From: Actinomycetales bacterium
GTDB taxonomy: Bacteria; Actinomycetota; Actinomycetes; Mycobacteriales; SCTD01
Length of the DNA: 64,000 nucleotides
Assembly: GCA_036675425.1 (NCBI GenBank)
Contig: JAKFFB010000191.1
Location: 3,887 to 67,886 of the forward strand
Direction: 5' to 3'
The translations under genes were made by a program, and so were the position numbers. Position 1 is the first letter of the stretch. Every line of letters begins with the position of its first letter. Under the pieces are notes generated by a model. It saw only the letters and a list, made by a program, of their open reading frames with translations, made no database searches and was not told where the DNA came from. Of this stretch, positions 30,663-40,600 are shown one piece after another.

Positions 30663-30712
30663 GGTCAATAGTCGGACCGAAACTGAAAAAGTTTGGTCCA
30701 AAGGTATTGACG
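30663..30712. promoter_or_regulatory. Divergent promoter/operator inverted repeat
   Basis: GTCAATA...GGACCgAAACT-gaaaa-AGTTTGGTCC...TATTGAC; TTGAC -35-like hexamers on both strands. Confidence 0.6.
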
Positions 30713-30873
30713 TACGGCCCACAGCCCGCAACCATCCCGACGTGGCGCACGTCACGTTCTGCTCCTGGCCCTCCCCGCGGCATCCCCGCGGCGCTGTCGA
30801 GGACTCGCGGCCACGCCCACCACATCCAGCACGACAACCAGGCACCCGACAGGTGCGGATCGAGGAGAATCCG

Positions 30874-32127
30874 ATGGGAAGAGCACCCGCGAAGCTGGGG
30901 CTGCTGCTGGCGCTGGCGATGACGGTCGCCGCCTGCGGTGGCGGTGACAGCGACTCGACAGGCGACGGCGACGGCGGCGGCAAGCTGTCCGGCGAGCTGA
31001 AGATCGGCGTCATCAACCCGTTCAGCGGTCCGAACGCCCCCGGTGGCGAGGCCACCTTCCAGGGCTACGAGATCGCCGTCGAGGAGGCGAACGCCGACAA
31101 GGGCGTCCTGGGCAAGAAGGTCGTGCTGCTGCGCGGCGACGCGTCGGCCCCGGAGCAGGGCATCAGCGAGGTGAACCGGCTGGCGACGTCGGAGAACGTC
31201 GACCTCTTCGCAGGCACCTACCTGAGCGGCATCGCCAACACGGCGAGCGAGACCGCGCTTCGCTACGGGAAGCTCTACTGGGAGACCAACGCGGTCGCCG
31301 CCAACCTCACCGCTCGCAAGCTCGGCAACTTCGCACGCAGCGGCCCGATGGCCGACCAGTTCGCGCAGGTCGCCGGCGAGGGCATCAAGGAGATCATCCC
31401 CGGCGTCGTCGGCAAGCCGCTGAACCAGACGAGCTTCTGCGTCACGCACGAGGAGTCGATCTACGGCACCAGCATCTCCGAGGGAGTGATCGAGGCCCTC
31501 GAGGCCGAGGGCGCGAAGATCTCGGCCAAGGTGGCCTACGCGCCCACCGCGCCCGACCTGGGCAACGTGGTGCTGAAGTGCCAGCAGAGCAAGCCGGACG
31601 TCTGGATCGAGACCGGCTACGTCCCGGACGTGAACCTGCTGCTGCGCACCGCGAAGCAGCAGGGCTTCGCGCCCAAGGCCCGTGTCTCCATCGGCTCGGG
31701 TGACACGCGACTCACGCAGGAGGCGGTCGGCGCGGACCTCGACGGCACCTTCGTCGTCGGCTACCCCCACTTCGACCTCCAGGACGAGTACGCGCCGGGA
31801 GCGGCCGAGTTCCTCGAGAAGTACAAGGCCAAGCACAGCAGTGAGCCGACCTTCCCGCAGACGATGAGCGCCTACACCGGCATGAAGATGCTCCTCGACG
31901 CGCTGAACGAGGCCGAGAGCGTGGACCCGAAGAAGGTGCTCGAGACGATCTCCGGCTGGGACAAGCCGCTGGGCAGCTACGCAGCCGGCTACGGCGCGAA
32001 GTTCGACGAGAACTTCCAGAACACCCTGGCCCTCCCGACGATGCTGCAGTGGCAGAGCGGCAAGGTCGTGACGATCTACCCCGAGGAAGCCAAGCTCCCG
32101 GACGCCAAGGTCCTCGGCAGCAAGTGA
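30874..32127 (+). CDS. Liv/HAAT-type ABC transporter substrate-binding lipoprotein
   Basis: Lipobox VAAC-GG; KIGVINPFSG; periplasmic binding protein 6-like; GAGGAG RBS. Confidence 0.9.
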   Translation: MGRAPAKLGLLLALAMTVAACGGGDSDSTGDGDGGGKLSGELKIGVINPFSGPNAPGGEATFQGYEIAVEEANADKGVLGKKVVLLRGDASAPEQGISEVNRLATSENVDLFAGTYLSGIANTASETALRYGKLYWETNAVAANLTARKLGNFARSGPMADQFAQVAGEGIKEIIPGVVGKPLNQTSFCVTHEESIYGTSISEGVIEALEAEGAKISAKVAYAPTAPDLGNVVLKCQQSKPDVWIETGYVPDVNLLLRTAKQQGFAPKARVSIGSGDTRLTQEAVGADLDGTFVVGYPHFDLQDEYAPGAAEFLEKYKAKHSSEPTFPQTMSAYTGMKMLLDALNEAESVDPKKVLETISGWDKPLGSYAAGYGAKFDENFQNTLALPTMLQWQSGKVVTIYPEEAKLPDAKVLGSK

Positions 32128-32166
32128 CGCCGGCCGGACGCACCGAAGGTGAGGTGAAGACGACTC

Positions 32167-33048
32167 ATGGATGACTTCTTCCGGATCCTGGTGATCGCCC
32201 TGCTCCTCGGGGGGATCTACGGGCTGGTCGCGATGGGCCTCAGCCTCATCTTCGGTGTGGTCCGGGTGGTGAACTTCGCGCAGGGCGAGCTGGTCATGCT
32301 CGGCATGTACGGCGCGTACTTCGCCAACCGCGAGCTCGGCATCAACGTCTACCTGACCGCGTTCCTGGTGGTCCCCGCGCTCTTCGTGCTCGGGCTGCTC
32401 ATCCAGCGGCTGGTCATCCAGCCGCTGCGGGACGAGGCCGCCATGCAGCTCCTGGCGACGTTCGGGCTGCTGATCCTGTTCCAGAGCGCGGTGCTCGCGG
32501 CAACCCGTGGTGACACCTACACGCTGACCGATCGGTTCGCCCGGGACACCTTCAAGCTCGCCTCGGCGAGCATCGACTACGGCAGGTTGTCCATCGTCAT
32601 CGTCACGACGGTGATCGCCGTGGTGCTCCGACAGGTGATCCAGCAGACGACCTTCGGTCGCTCCATGCGGGCCGTCACCGAGGACCGCGACGCGGCCCGG
32701 CTGATGGGGGTGAACGTCGAGCGGACGTTCCTCATCACCTTCGGCATCGGAGCGGCCCTCGCTGGACTGGCCGGCGTGATGCTCGCGCCCGTCTACAGCA
32801 TCACCCCGCAGATCGGCGCCAACTTCATCTTCGCCGGCTTCGCGGTTGTCGTGGTCGGTGGGCTGGGCAGCGTCACCGGCGCCTACATCGGCGGCTTCCT
32901 GATCGGTGCAGTCGAGGCGTTCAGCGGCTACTACCTCGATCCGACGCTGGGCACCGCCTTCTACTTCATGGTGTTCCTCGTCGTGCTGGTCGTGCGGCCG
33001 GCCGGTCTGTTCGGACGCCTCGGCTCGGAGAAGGTGGGAGGACATTGA
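32167..33048 (+). CDS. livH: Branched-chain amino acid-type ABC permease (LivH-like)
   Basis: YGLVAMGLSLIFGVVRVVNFAQGE, GRSMRAV, GGLGS, RPAGLFG. Confidence 0.88.
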   Translation: MDDFFRILVIALLLGGIYGLVAMGLSLIFGVVRVVNFAQGELVMLGMYGAYFANRELGINVYLTAFLVVPALFVLGLLIQRLVIQPLRDEAAMQLLATFGLLILFQSAVLAATRGDTYTLTDRFARDTFKLASASIDYGRLSIVIVTTVIAVVLRQVIQQTTFGRSMRAVTEDRDAARLMGVNVERTFLITFGIGAALAGLAGVMLAPVYSITPQIGANFIFAGFAVVVVGGLGSVTGAYIGGFLIGAVEAFSGYYLDPTLGTAFYFMVFLVVLVVRPAGLFGRLGSEKVGGH

Positions 33049-34094
33049 GCACCTCGGAAGACGCCGTCGACGCCCAGGACGCGGCGATCCACGGAGTCCG
33101 CAGCGGAGCCACGAGCAAGAGCTCGCGGTTCGTCTGGACCGGCTACACGGCCGGAATGGCAGGACTGGTCCTGCTGCTGCTCGCCGTGCAGGGCGACGCC
33201 TACTGGCTCAACATCCTCATCCTGACCCTGCTGTTCGCAGGCCTCGCGTCGGCCTGGAACATCATCGGTGGGTTCGGAGGGCAGCTGTCCCTCGGGCACG
33301 GCGTGTTCTTCGCCATCGGCGCCTACACGGTGGGCATCACCTACGACAGGTACGGCTGGTCGCCGTGGGCGGCGATGGTCGTCGCCATCCCGATCGCGAT
33401 GACCGTCGCGGCGCTCACCTCGTGGCCGACGTTCCGCCTGCGCGGTCCCTTCTTCGCCATGGCGACGCTGGCGCTCAACCAGGTGGCGCTCGTGCTGGCG
33501 ACGTACTTCGGCAGCGTCACCGGAGGAGTGCAGGGCATCACCCTCCCCTTCTCCCCGTCGCTGCGCGACCTCGCGTTCGTCGAGCGGTGGAAGTACGCCG
33601 TCGTCATGCTCGCCTTCGTCGCGTTGACGGTGGCCGTGGCCACCGTCGTCAGTCGCAGCAAGCTGGGCTACGCCCTGCGAGCCGTGCGTGAGGACGACGA
33701 GGCTGCCGCAGCAGTTGGCTTCAACGTCTTCGCGGTCAAGATGCAGGGCATGCTCATCAGCGCCGCGCTGACCTGTCTGGGCGGCAGCCTGTTCGCCGTC
33801 TTCGTGCGCTACATCGACCCCGCGTCCGTGCTCGGGCTACCCGAGGTGGGCGTGCGCATGGTGCTCATCGCGCTCCTCGGTGGCATCGGGACCCTCATGG
33901 GCCCCGTCGTCGGGGCGCTGCTGTTCATCCCGGGCATCACCCTGCTGCAGGGCGAGCTCGCGGGACAGCGCCCCGGACTCAACCTCGTCGCAGTCGGCCT
34001 CGCGCTGGTGATCATCCCGATCGCGCTGCGTCGCGGCATCGTCGGGACGGCGGCGGGGCTCTTCCGGAGCGCCCGAGGAAGGTGGAAGCGATGA
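33045..34094 (+). CDS. livM: Branched-chain amino acid-type ABC permease (LivM-like)
   Basis: WNIIGGFGGQLSLGH, RLRGPFFAMATL, AVREDDEAA, GGIGT. Confidence 0.88.
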   Translation: MSTSEDAVDAQDAAIHGVRSGATSKSSRFVWTGYTAGMAGLVLLLLAVQGDAYWLNILILTLLFAGLASAWNIIGGFGGQLSLGHGVFFAIGAYTVGITYDRYGWSPWAAMVVAIPIAMTVAALTSWPTFRLRGPFFAMATLALNQVALVLATYFGSVTGGVQGITLPFSPSLRDLAFVERWKYAVVMLAFVALTVAVATVVSRSKLGYALRAVREDDEAAAAVGFNVFAVKMQGMLISAALTCLGGSLFAVFVRYIDPASVLGLPEVGVRMVLIALLGGIGTLMGPVVGALLFIPGITLLQGELAGQRPGLNLVAVGLALVIIPIALRRGIVGTAAGLFRSARGRWKR

Positions 34095-34822
34095 CGTCGA
34101 CCGCAGCCCCGTTGCTCGAGAGCGACGCGGTCGTCCGCAGGTTCGCCGGGATGACGGCGGTGGACCAGGTGTCGATCACCCTCAGGCAGGGCGACCTGCT
34201 CGGGATCATCGGTCCGAACGGCGCCGGCAAGACGACGCTGTTCAACCTGCTCACCGGCCAGCTCCGCCCGAACAGCGGTCACGTGCGCTTCCGCGGCGAG
34301 GACATCACCGGCCTGTCGGTGCACCAGCGGGTGCGCCTCGGTCTGGGCCGCACCTTCCAGGTCGTGCGCCCGCTGCCCGACCTGTCCGTGCTCGAGAACA
34401 CCATGATGGGTGCGTTCCTCAAGCACCGCCGGCGTTCCGACGCCGAGGACAAGGCCTACCAGGTGCTCGAGGAGGTGGGCCTGGCCGCGGTCGCGAAGGA
34501 CCGGGCGGGAGACCTCCCGCTGGCCCGGCGCAAGCGGCTGGAGGTCGCGCGGGCACTCGCCACCGAGCCGGCGGTGCTGCTGCTCGACGAGGTGATGGCC
34601 GGGCTGAACCCGACCGAGATCGGCCATGCGGTCGACCTGTTCGCCCATCTGCACGAGAAGGGGATGACGCTCGTGCTCATCGAGCACAACCTGAAGGTCG
34701 TCCGCACGCTCTCCCGGCACGTCGTGGTGCTGGACCACGGCGCGGTCCTCGCCGAGGGAACGCCGACAGAGGTGCTCCAGCACCCGGACGTGGTCCGGGC
34801 CTACCTCGGGAACCGGAGGTAA
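34091..34822 (+). CDS. livG: ABC ATPase (LivG-like)
   Basis: GPNGAGKTT, RTFQ, LLLDEVMAGL, IEH, AYLG. Confidence 0.9.
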   Translation: MTSTAAPLLESDAVVRRFAGMTAVDQVSITLRQGDLLGIIGPNGAGKTTLFNLLTGQLRPNSGHVRFRGEDITGLSVHQRVRLGLGRTFQVVRPLPDLSVLENTMMGAFLKHRRRSDAEDKAYQVLEEVGLAAVAKDRAGDLPLARRKRLEVARALATEPAVLLLDEVMAGLNPTEIGHAVDLFAHLHEKGMTLVLIEHNLKVVRTLSRHVVVLDHGAVLAEGTPTEVLQHPDVVRAYLGNRR

Positions 34823-34824
34823 CG

Positions 34825-35535
34825 ATGGCTCTCCTCGAGGTGCGCGACCTGCACTCCGGCTACGGCGACCTGCCCGTCGTCCGCGGCGTGAGCTTCGACG
34901 TCGACGCGGGCGGGATCGCGACCGTCGTCGGCCCGAACGGCGCCGGGAAGACGACGCTGCTCAAGACCGTGACCGGTCTCGTGCACGTCTGGAGCGGCAC
35001 CGTCACCTTCGACGGTCAGGACCTGTCCGGCGTGCCCGCCCACGCGCGTCCGGAGCTCGGGCTCGTGATGGTTCCCGAGGGCCGCAAGCTCTTCCCGTTC
35101 ATGACGGTGGAGGAGAACCTGCAGATGGGCGGCTACGCGAAGAGCGCCCGGCCGCACCTGTCCGCCAGCCTCGACGAGGTGTACGAGCTGTTCCCCGTCC
35201 TGCTCGAGCGACGCAAGCAGCTCGGTGGGTCGCTGTCCGGGGGCGAGCAGCAGATGTGCGCCATCGGCCGCGCGGTCATGGCCAAGCCGAAGCTGCTCAT
35301 CCTCGATGAGCCGTCGTTGGGTCTGGCCCCCATCATCGTGGAGCGGATCCTGTCGCTGGTCCGCCAGCTGGCGGACAAGGGCATGACGGTCATGCTCGTC
35401 GAGCAGAACGTGCACGACGCGCTGGACATGGCCGACCGTGGCTACGTGCTCGAGCAGGGCGAGGTGGTGATGACCGGCACCGGCCAGGAGCTGCTGGCTC
35501 GTGACGACCTGCAGGCGGCCTACCTCGGCATCTGA
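34825..35535 (+). CDS. livF: ABC ATPase (LivF-like)
   Basis: GPNGAGKTT, VPEGR, LSGGEQQM, LDEPSLGLAP, VEQN. Confidence 0.92.
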   Translation: MALLEVRDLHSGYGDLPVVRGVSFDVDAGGIATVVGPNGAGKTTLLKTVTGLVHVWSGTVTFDGQDLSGVPAHARPELGLVMVPEGRKLFPFMTVEENLQMGGYAKSARPHLSASLDEVYELFPVLLERRKQLGGSLSGGEQQMCAIGRAVMAKPKLLILDEPSLGLAPIIVERILSLVRQLADKGMTVMLVEQNVHDALDMADRGYVLEQGEVVMTGTGQELLARDDLQAAYLGI

Positions 35536-35588
35536 CGGCGCGCGATCGTCACCGTTCCCCTCGCCACGACCCCCGTCTGGAGGCCCCC

Positions 35589-36641
35589 ATGCCCACGCCA
35601 CGGCAGGACGACCGTCGTCCGCTCGTGTGCATCCGGCCCCCAGGGTGGGTGACCCCGACGTCCGGACCCGTGCTGGATCTGGTGGCGTGGGTGGAGCGGG
35701 CGGAGCGGCTGGGCTTCGACGGCGCCTTCGTGGGCGACCGGATGCTGTCCGAGGCCGTGAGCCAGACCGGCTCGGTCGTCTACGGCGCCTCCATGCTCGA
35801 CGTCACGGTCGCGCTGGCCACCATGGCGGCGCGCACCGAGCGGATCCTGCTCGGCCCCCTGGTGCTGGTGTTCCCGTACCGCCACCCGGTCCAGCTCGCC
35901 AAGACGTTCGCGTCGCTCGACGCGGCGTCCGGTGGTCGCCTCGTCGTCGGTGCCGGGATCGGCTGGAACGCAAGGGAGTTCGAGGTCCTCGGGCTTCCGA
36001 TGGACGGTCGCGGCGAGCGCTTCGAGGAGGCGCTCTCCCTCGTGCGCAGGCTCTGGAGCGGCGAGCCGGTCTCGCACGCCGGCCCGACCTGGACCTTCAC
36101 GGACGTCCAGGTCGTGCCCCCACCTGTCCGCCCCGGCGGCCCGCCCCTGTGGCTGGCTTCCTTCTCACCCGGCCAGCGGCTCGACTGGACCGACGAGCTG
36201 CCTCCGCTGGCGCAGAGGCAGCTCGACCGGGTCGGCCGGCTCGCTGACGGCTGGGTGCCGCTGGTCTACTCCGCCTCGGCCAAGCGCAGGCTCGCCGCGA
36301 GCACCCTGGCCTCGGCCTGGCAGCTGGTGCTGGACAGCGCGAAGCGGGCCGGACGCGACCGGCAGGACCTCGACTTCGTCTTCTCCGACTGGTGCTACGT
36401 GCTGGAGGGCGACGGCGCGGTCGAGCGCTGCCAAGCCGCCCTCGCGCGCTTCTTCGACGGCAGCTGGGAGGACGCCCTGCGGACGTACACGATCGGCAGT
36501 CGTGAGGAGGTGCTGGAGAAGGTGCGGGCCCACACCGCCGGCATCGACCGCGTCGACGCCTACGTCCTGACGCCGCTGTCCGACGAGATCGAGCAGATGG
36601 ACCTGCTCGCCGACCTGGCGCAGCTGCTGCGCGCCGCGTGA
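35589..36641 (+). CDS. Luciferase-like (LLM) flavin/F420-dependent oxidoreductase
   Basis: AERLGFD, RHPVQLAK, SGGRLVVGAGIGW, EF, ADGW. Confidence 0.88.
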   Translation: MPTPRQDDRRPLVCIRPPGWVTPTSGPVLDLVAWVERAERLGFDGAFVGDRMLSEAVSQTGSVVYGASMLDVTVALATMAARTERILLGPLVLVFPYRHPVQLAKTFASLDAASGGRLVVGAGIGWNAREFEVLGLPMDGRGERFEEALSLVRRLWSGEPVSHAGPTWTFTDVQVVPPPVRPGGPPLWLASFSPGQRLDWTDELPPLAQRQLDRVGRLADGWVPLVYSASAKRRLAASTLASAWQLVLDSAKRAGRDRQDLDFVFSDWCYVLEGDGAVERCQAALARFFDGSWEDALRTYTIGSREEVLEKVRAHTAGIDRVDAYVLTPLSDEIEQMDLLADLAQLLRAA

Positions 36642-36654
36642 GAGAGGAAGGTCG

Positions 36655-37413
36655 ATGACGACCGACGAGCTGCGCGACAAGGTGGCGGTGGTGACGGGGG
36701 CCGGGTCGGGCATCGGCCGGGCCTGCGCCCTGCTGATGGCGCAGCGCGGTGCCACGGTCGCCGCGTTCGACGTCGACGCCGCGGCGGCGGAGCGCGTCTG
36801 CGCCGAGATCGGCGAGACCGGCGGACGAGCACGGGCCTACGAGGTCGACGTGACGGATCCCGCGGCCGTCGACTCCGCGTTCCGCGCCGTGGTCGACGAC
36901 CTGGGCGGCGTGCACGTGCTGGTCAACAACGCCGGCCTCGCTCTGCCGATGGTGCCGCTCGCCGACCTGGACGACGACGGCTGGCGGCGGGTCATGTCGG
37001 TGAACCTCGACGGGCTGTTCTTCTGCCTGCGTGCGGCGCTGCGGATCATGCGCAGCAGCGGGGGCGGATCGGTCATCAACATGTCCTCCGTGCTCGGCGC
37101 GGTCGGCCGCCACCACTCGGCGGCCTACGTCGCGAGCAAGCACGCCGTCGTGGGGCTGACCCGCGGTGCCGCGATCGACCACGGGACGGACGGCATCCGC
37201 GTCAACGCCGTCGGACCGGGCTTCATCCGCACCCCGCTCCTGGAGAGCAGGCACACCGAGCAGGGCCTGGAGGAGCTGGCCGCCGGCTGGCCGCTGCGCC
37301 GCGTCGGCCGCCCCGAGGAGATCGCCGAGATGGTGGCCTGGCTGGCCGGCGACGCGTCGTCGTACGTCACGGGCGCCTACCTGCCGGTGGACGGGGGTTA
37401 CCTCGCGGTGTGA
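36655..37413 (+). CDS. SDR oxidoreductase
   Basis: TGAGSGIG, NNAG, YVASK, VNAVGPG, VDGG. Confidence 0.92.
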   Translation: MTTDELRDKVAVVTGAGSGIGRACALLMAQRGATVAAFDVDAAAAERVCAEIGETGGRARAYEVDVTDPAAVDSAFRAVVDDLGGVHVLVNNAGLALPMVPLADLDDDGWRRVMSVNLDGLFFCLRAALRIMRSSGGGSVINMSSVLGAVGRHHSAAYVASKHAVVGLTRGAAIDHGTDGIRVNAVGPGFIRTPLLESRHTEQGLEELAAGWPLRRVGRPEEIAEMVAWLAGDASSYVTGAYLPVDGGYLAV

Positions 37414-37479
37414 GCCCACCGCCGACCTGCTGAAGGCGCGCCCGGCCACAGGGGCCAGGCGCCGAGAGAGGAGTGCTCC

Positions 37480-38406
37480 ATGCGTTTCCTGACCGACGGC
37501 CTGCGCTTCCCCGAGGGCCCCGTCATGCTCAAGGACGGCGGTGTGGCGGTGGTCGAGCTGGCCTCCGGCGCCATCACCGCGGTCGACCAGTCCGGCGCCA
37601 AGCGGCAGATCGCGAAGACCGGGGGCAGTCCCAACGGGCTGGCGTGGGGCCCGGACGGGATGCTCTACGTCTGCAACAACGGCGGCCTCAACTGGATCGA
37701 GAAGGACGGCCTGCTGCGCGCGCACGGCCAGGCCGACGACTACAGCGGCGGTCGGATCGAGCGGGTCGACCCGGACTCGGGCGAGGTGACCCGGCTCTAC
37801 GACCGGTGCGGTGACCACCCGCTGAGCGGGCCCAACGACATCGTCTTCCCGCCCGTCGGCAGCCCGAGCGACGGCGGCTTCTGGTTCACCGACATCGGCA
37901 AGCACCGCGCGCGGGATCGCAACCACGGCGGTGTCTACTGGGCCACCATCGACGGCAGCACGATCATCGAGGTCGCCTTCCCGGTTCCCGGCGGGGCCAA
38001 CGGCATCGGGCTGAGCCCGGACGGAAGCACGCTCTACGTCGCCGAGACCGACACGGCCCGGATCTGGGCCTGGGACGTGGAGGGGCCCGGTCAGCTGCGC
38101 AAGGAGCCGTGGCCGAGCCCGCACGGCGGCCGGCTGCTGGCCACGCTGCCCGGCTTCACCCGGCTTGACAGCCTGGCGATCACGGCCGCCGGCAACATCG
38201 TGGTGGCGGCGCTCTACTCGAGCACGATCACCACCGTCAGCCCCGCCGGCGAGATCGTCGACGTCGTCCCGGTGCCGGACGCGATGCCGACCAACATCTG
38301 CTTCGGCGGCGACGACATGAGCACCGCCTACATCACCCTGTCGACGACCGGCCGACTCGTGCAGATGCCCTGGCGCGAGCCGGGTGAGCCGCTGCCGTAC
38401 GGCTGA
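37480..38406 (+). CDS. SMP-30/gluconolactonase family protein
   Basis: FPEGP, PNG, PND, WFTD, NGIGLSPDG, PTNICFGG. Confidence 0.9.
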   Translation: MRFLTDGLRFPEGPVMLKDGGVAVVELASGAITAVDQSGAKRQIAKTGGSPNGLAWGPDGMLYVCNNGGLNWIEKDGLLRAHGQADDYSGGRIERVDPDSGEVTRLYDRCGDHPLSGPNDIVFPPVGSPSDGGFWFTDIGKHRARDRNHGGVYWATIDGSTIIEVAFPVPGGANGIGLSPDGSTLYVAETDTARIWAWDVEGPGQLRKEPWPSPHGGRLLATLPGFTRLDSLAITAAGNIVVAALYSSTITTVSPAGEIVDVVPVPDAMPTNICFGGDDMSTAYITLSTTGRLVQMPWREPGEPLPYG

Positions 38407-38441
38407 GACCCCTATCCCACCCGACTGCAAGGAGATCCACC

Positions 38442-39659
38442 GTGCCCGAGAACACCGCTGCCTCCGGTCCGACCGGACCGCTCACCGGCGTGAAGGTCGT
38501 GGAGTTCGCGCAGGTCATCGCGGGACCGCTGGCCGGCACGCTGATGGCCGACCTCGGGGCCGACGTCGTCCACGTCGAGGCGCCCGGCCGAGGTGACAGC
38601 GCGCGCTACATGGGTCCGGACAAGAACGGCGCCCACCTGTGGTGGAAGGTGCTGGGGCGCAACAAGCGCTCGGTGACGCTGGACATGCGCGTGGACGAGG
38701 GACGGGCGACCGCGCGACGCCTGGTCGCCTGGGCCGACGTCGTGATCGTGACGTTCCGCGCGGACACGGTGGAGAAGTACGGCCTGGACTGGACCAGCGT
38801 GCAGGCGGTCAACCCGTCTGCCGTCCTGCTGCAGGTGTCCGGCTACGGCGCCCGCACCAGCAAGCGGAACCTGCCCGGCTTCGGGAAGATGGGCGAGGCC
38901 CGCAGCGGGCTGGTCCACCTCACCGGGTTCCCGGACGGGCCGCCGGTGCACACCGGGTTCTCGCACGGCGACGCCACCACCGGCCTGATGGGCGCGTTCG
39001 CCGTCATGGCGGCGCTGCACCGGCGCGAGCGTGATCCCGAGCGCAAGGGCGAGTGGATCGACCTCGCGCTGTCCGACACCCTCTTCCGCCTGGTCGAGTG
39101 GCAGGTCATCCTGCGCGACCAGCTGGGCTACGCCCCGAACCGGTCCGGCAACCAGCTGGCGGTGGCCCCGGCCGCGGTCGTCAACGTCTTCCGCGCCGCT
39201 GACGGCGGCTGGGTGACGGTGACCTCCGGCACGCCGCGCTCGGTGCAGAACATCGCCCGCCTGCTGGGATTCGACCCGGAGCAGTACTCCACGCAGGCGG
39301 CCCAGGTCGCCGGGACCCAGCAGCTCGACGACGGCCTGCGCGCCTGGATCGCCGAGCACGACACGGCCGAGTGCCTGCGGGTGATGGAGGCGGCCGGCGT
39401 CGTCGCCTCGAAGGTCTACGACATGGACGACATCCTGGCTGATCCCATCGTCGAGGAGCGGCAGTCCGTCGTCACGGTCGCGGACCGCGACCTCGGACCG
39501 GTGCGGATGCAGGGTGTCGTCCCGACCTTCGTGAACGACGAGGGAGCGGTCTGGCGCACCGGCCCGGAGCTCGGCGAGGACAACGACGTCGTCTACGGCG
39601 AGTGGCTGGGACTGTCCGAGGACCAGCGAGCCGCGCTGGCGGCCGACGGGGTCATCTAG
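38442..39659 (+). CDS. Family III CoA transferase (CaiB/BaiF)
   Basis: PLTGVKVVE, IAGP, ADLGADV, RNKRSVTLD, SGYG, PELGE. Confidence 0.92.
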   Translation: MPENTAASGPTGPLTGVKVVEFAQVIAGPLAGTLMADLGADVVHVEAPGRGDSARYMGPDKNGAHLWWKVLGRNKRSVTLDMRVDEGRATARRLVAWADVVIVTFRADTVEKYGLDWTSVQAVNPSAVLLQVSGYGARTSKRNLPGFGKMGEARSGLVHLTGFPDGPPVHTGFSHGDATTGLMGAFAVMAALHRRERDPERKGEWIDLALSDTLFRLVEWQVILRDQLGYAPNRSGNQLAVAPAAVVNVFRAADGGWVTVTSGTPRSVQNIARLLGFDPEQYSTQAAQVAGTQQLDDGLRAWIAEHDTAECLRVMEAAGVVASKVYDMDDILADPIVEERQSVVTVADRDLGPVRMQGVVPTFVNDEGAVWRTGPELGEDNDVVYGEWLGLSEDQRAALAADGVI

Positions 39660-39662
39660 CTG

Positions 39663-40517
39663 GTGGCAGCCGACCGGGCGGCTGCGCTCGCGGACCCGGC
39701 TCGCCGGCTGCGGGACGCCGCCGAGCCCCTCGCCATGCACGCCACCGGATCCGCGCACGTGCGCACCGCGCTCGAGGAGCTCGGGCTGGACCGCTTCTCG
39801 GGCTACGTGTGGGGTCGCGCCGCGGCGCTGGGGGAGCCGTCGCCGGCCGTTGTCGTCGCGACCTTCGGCGTCTTCGAGCCGAACCGCCTCGGCGCCGCCT
39901 ACGCCTCCGCGCGGTCCGCCTGCCCTCGGGACCGGCTGCTGGCCGTGCGCGAGGCCGCGGTCGTGCTCAGCCTGCACCGGGTGCTGGGCGAGTCCGACGT
40001 CTCCGCGGTCGTGAGCCCGCTGCTGCGCGCCGTGTCCGCGCTGCCGCCCGGCGGTCGCCCGCTGTTCGCCGGCCTGCTCGGCTCGCCGCTGCCCGCGCAG
40101 CCGCTCGGCCGGCTCTGGCGCGCCTGCGAGCTGCTCCGCGAGCACCGCGGGGACAGCCACCTGCAGGCGGTGGTGGCGCGCGGGCTGCACCCGGTGGAGG
40201 CGAACCTGCTCACCGAGCTCTGGCACGGGCTGCCGGCGCCGGCGTACACCTTGACCCGCGGCTGGTCGGCGGAGCAGGCCGCGGACGCCCTTGAGCGCCT
40301 GAGCTCCGCCGGGCTGGTCCGCGACAGCCGGCTGACCGGAGACGGCGCGCGGCTGCGGACGGAGCTGGAGGTCGAGACCAACCGGGGCGAGCGCCGGCTC
40401 GTCGAGGCGCTCGGCGCGGATCTCGAGCGGGTCGTCGCGGCGCTGGAGCGCTGGTCGACCCGGTGCATCGCGGCCGGGGCGTTCACCACCGACCCCGGCA
40501 AGAGGGCCGCGGGATGA
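39663..40517 (+). CDS. SCO6745-like actinobacterial protein
   Basis: YVWGRAAALG, ATFGVF, RPLFAG, LREHRGDSH, RGW, EVETN. Confidence 0.78.
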   Translation: MAADRAAALADPARRLRDAAEPLAMHATGSAHVRTALEELGLDRFSGYVWGRAAALGEPSPAVVVATFGVFEPNRLGAAYASARSACPRDRLLAVREAAVVLSLHRVLGESDVSAVVSPLLRAVSALPPGGRPLFAGLLGSPLPAQPLGRLWRACELLREHRGDSHLQAVVARGLHPVEANLLTELWHGLPAPAYTLTRGWSAEQAADALERLSSAGLVRDSRLTGDGARLRTELEVETNRGERRLVEALGADLERVVAALERWSTRCIAAGAFTTDPGKRAAG

Positions 40518-40528
40518 CCCCCCGTACA

Positions 40529-40592
40529 TGATCAACGCCGGGCTCCCGCACTTCCCGACGTACGGAGAAGCGCTGGAACCCGGCGTTGATCA
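40529..40592. terminator. Long inverted repeat between convergent genes (bidirectional terminator or REP-like element)
   Basis: TGATCAACGCCGGG (40529-40542) / CCCGGCGTTGATCA (40579-40592), perfect 14 bp with an imperfect inner stem. Confidence 0.7.
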
Positions 40593-40600
40593 GCGAACGG

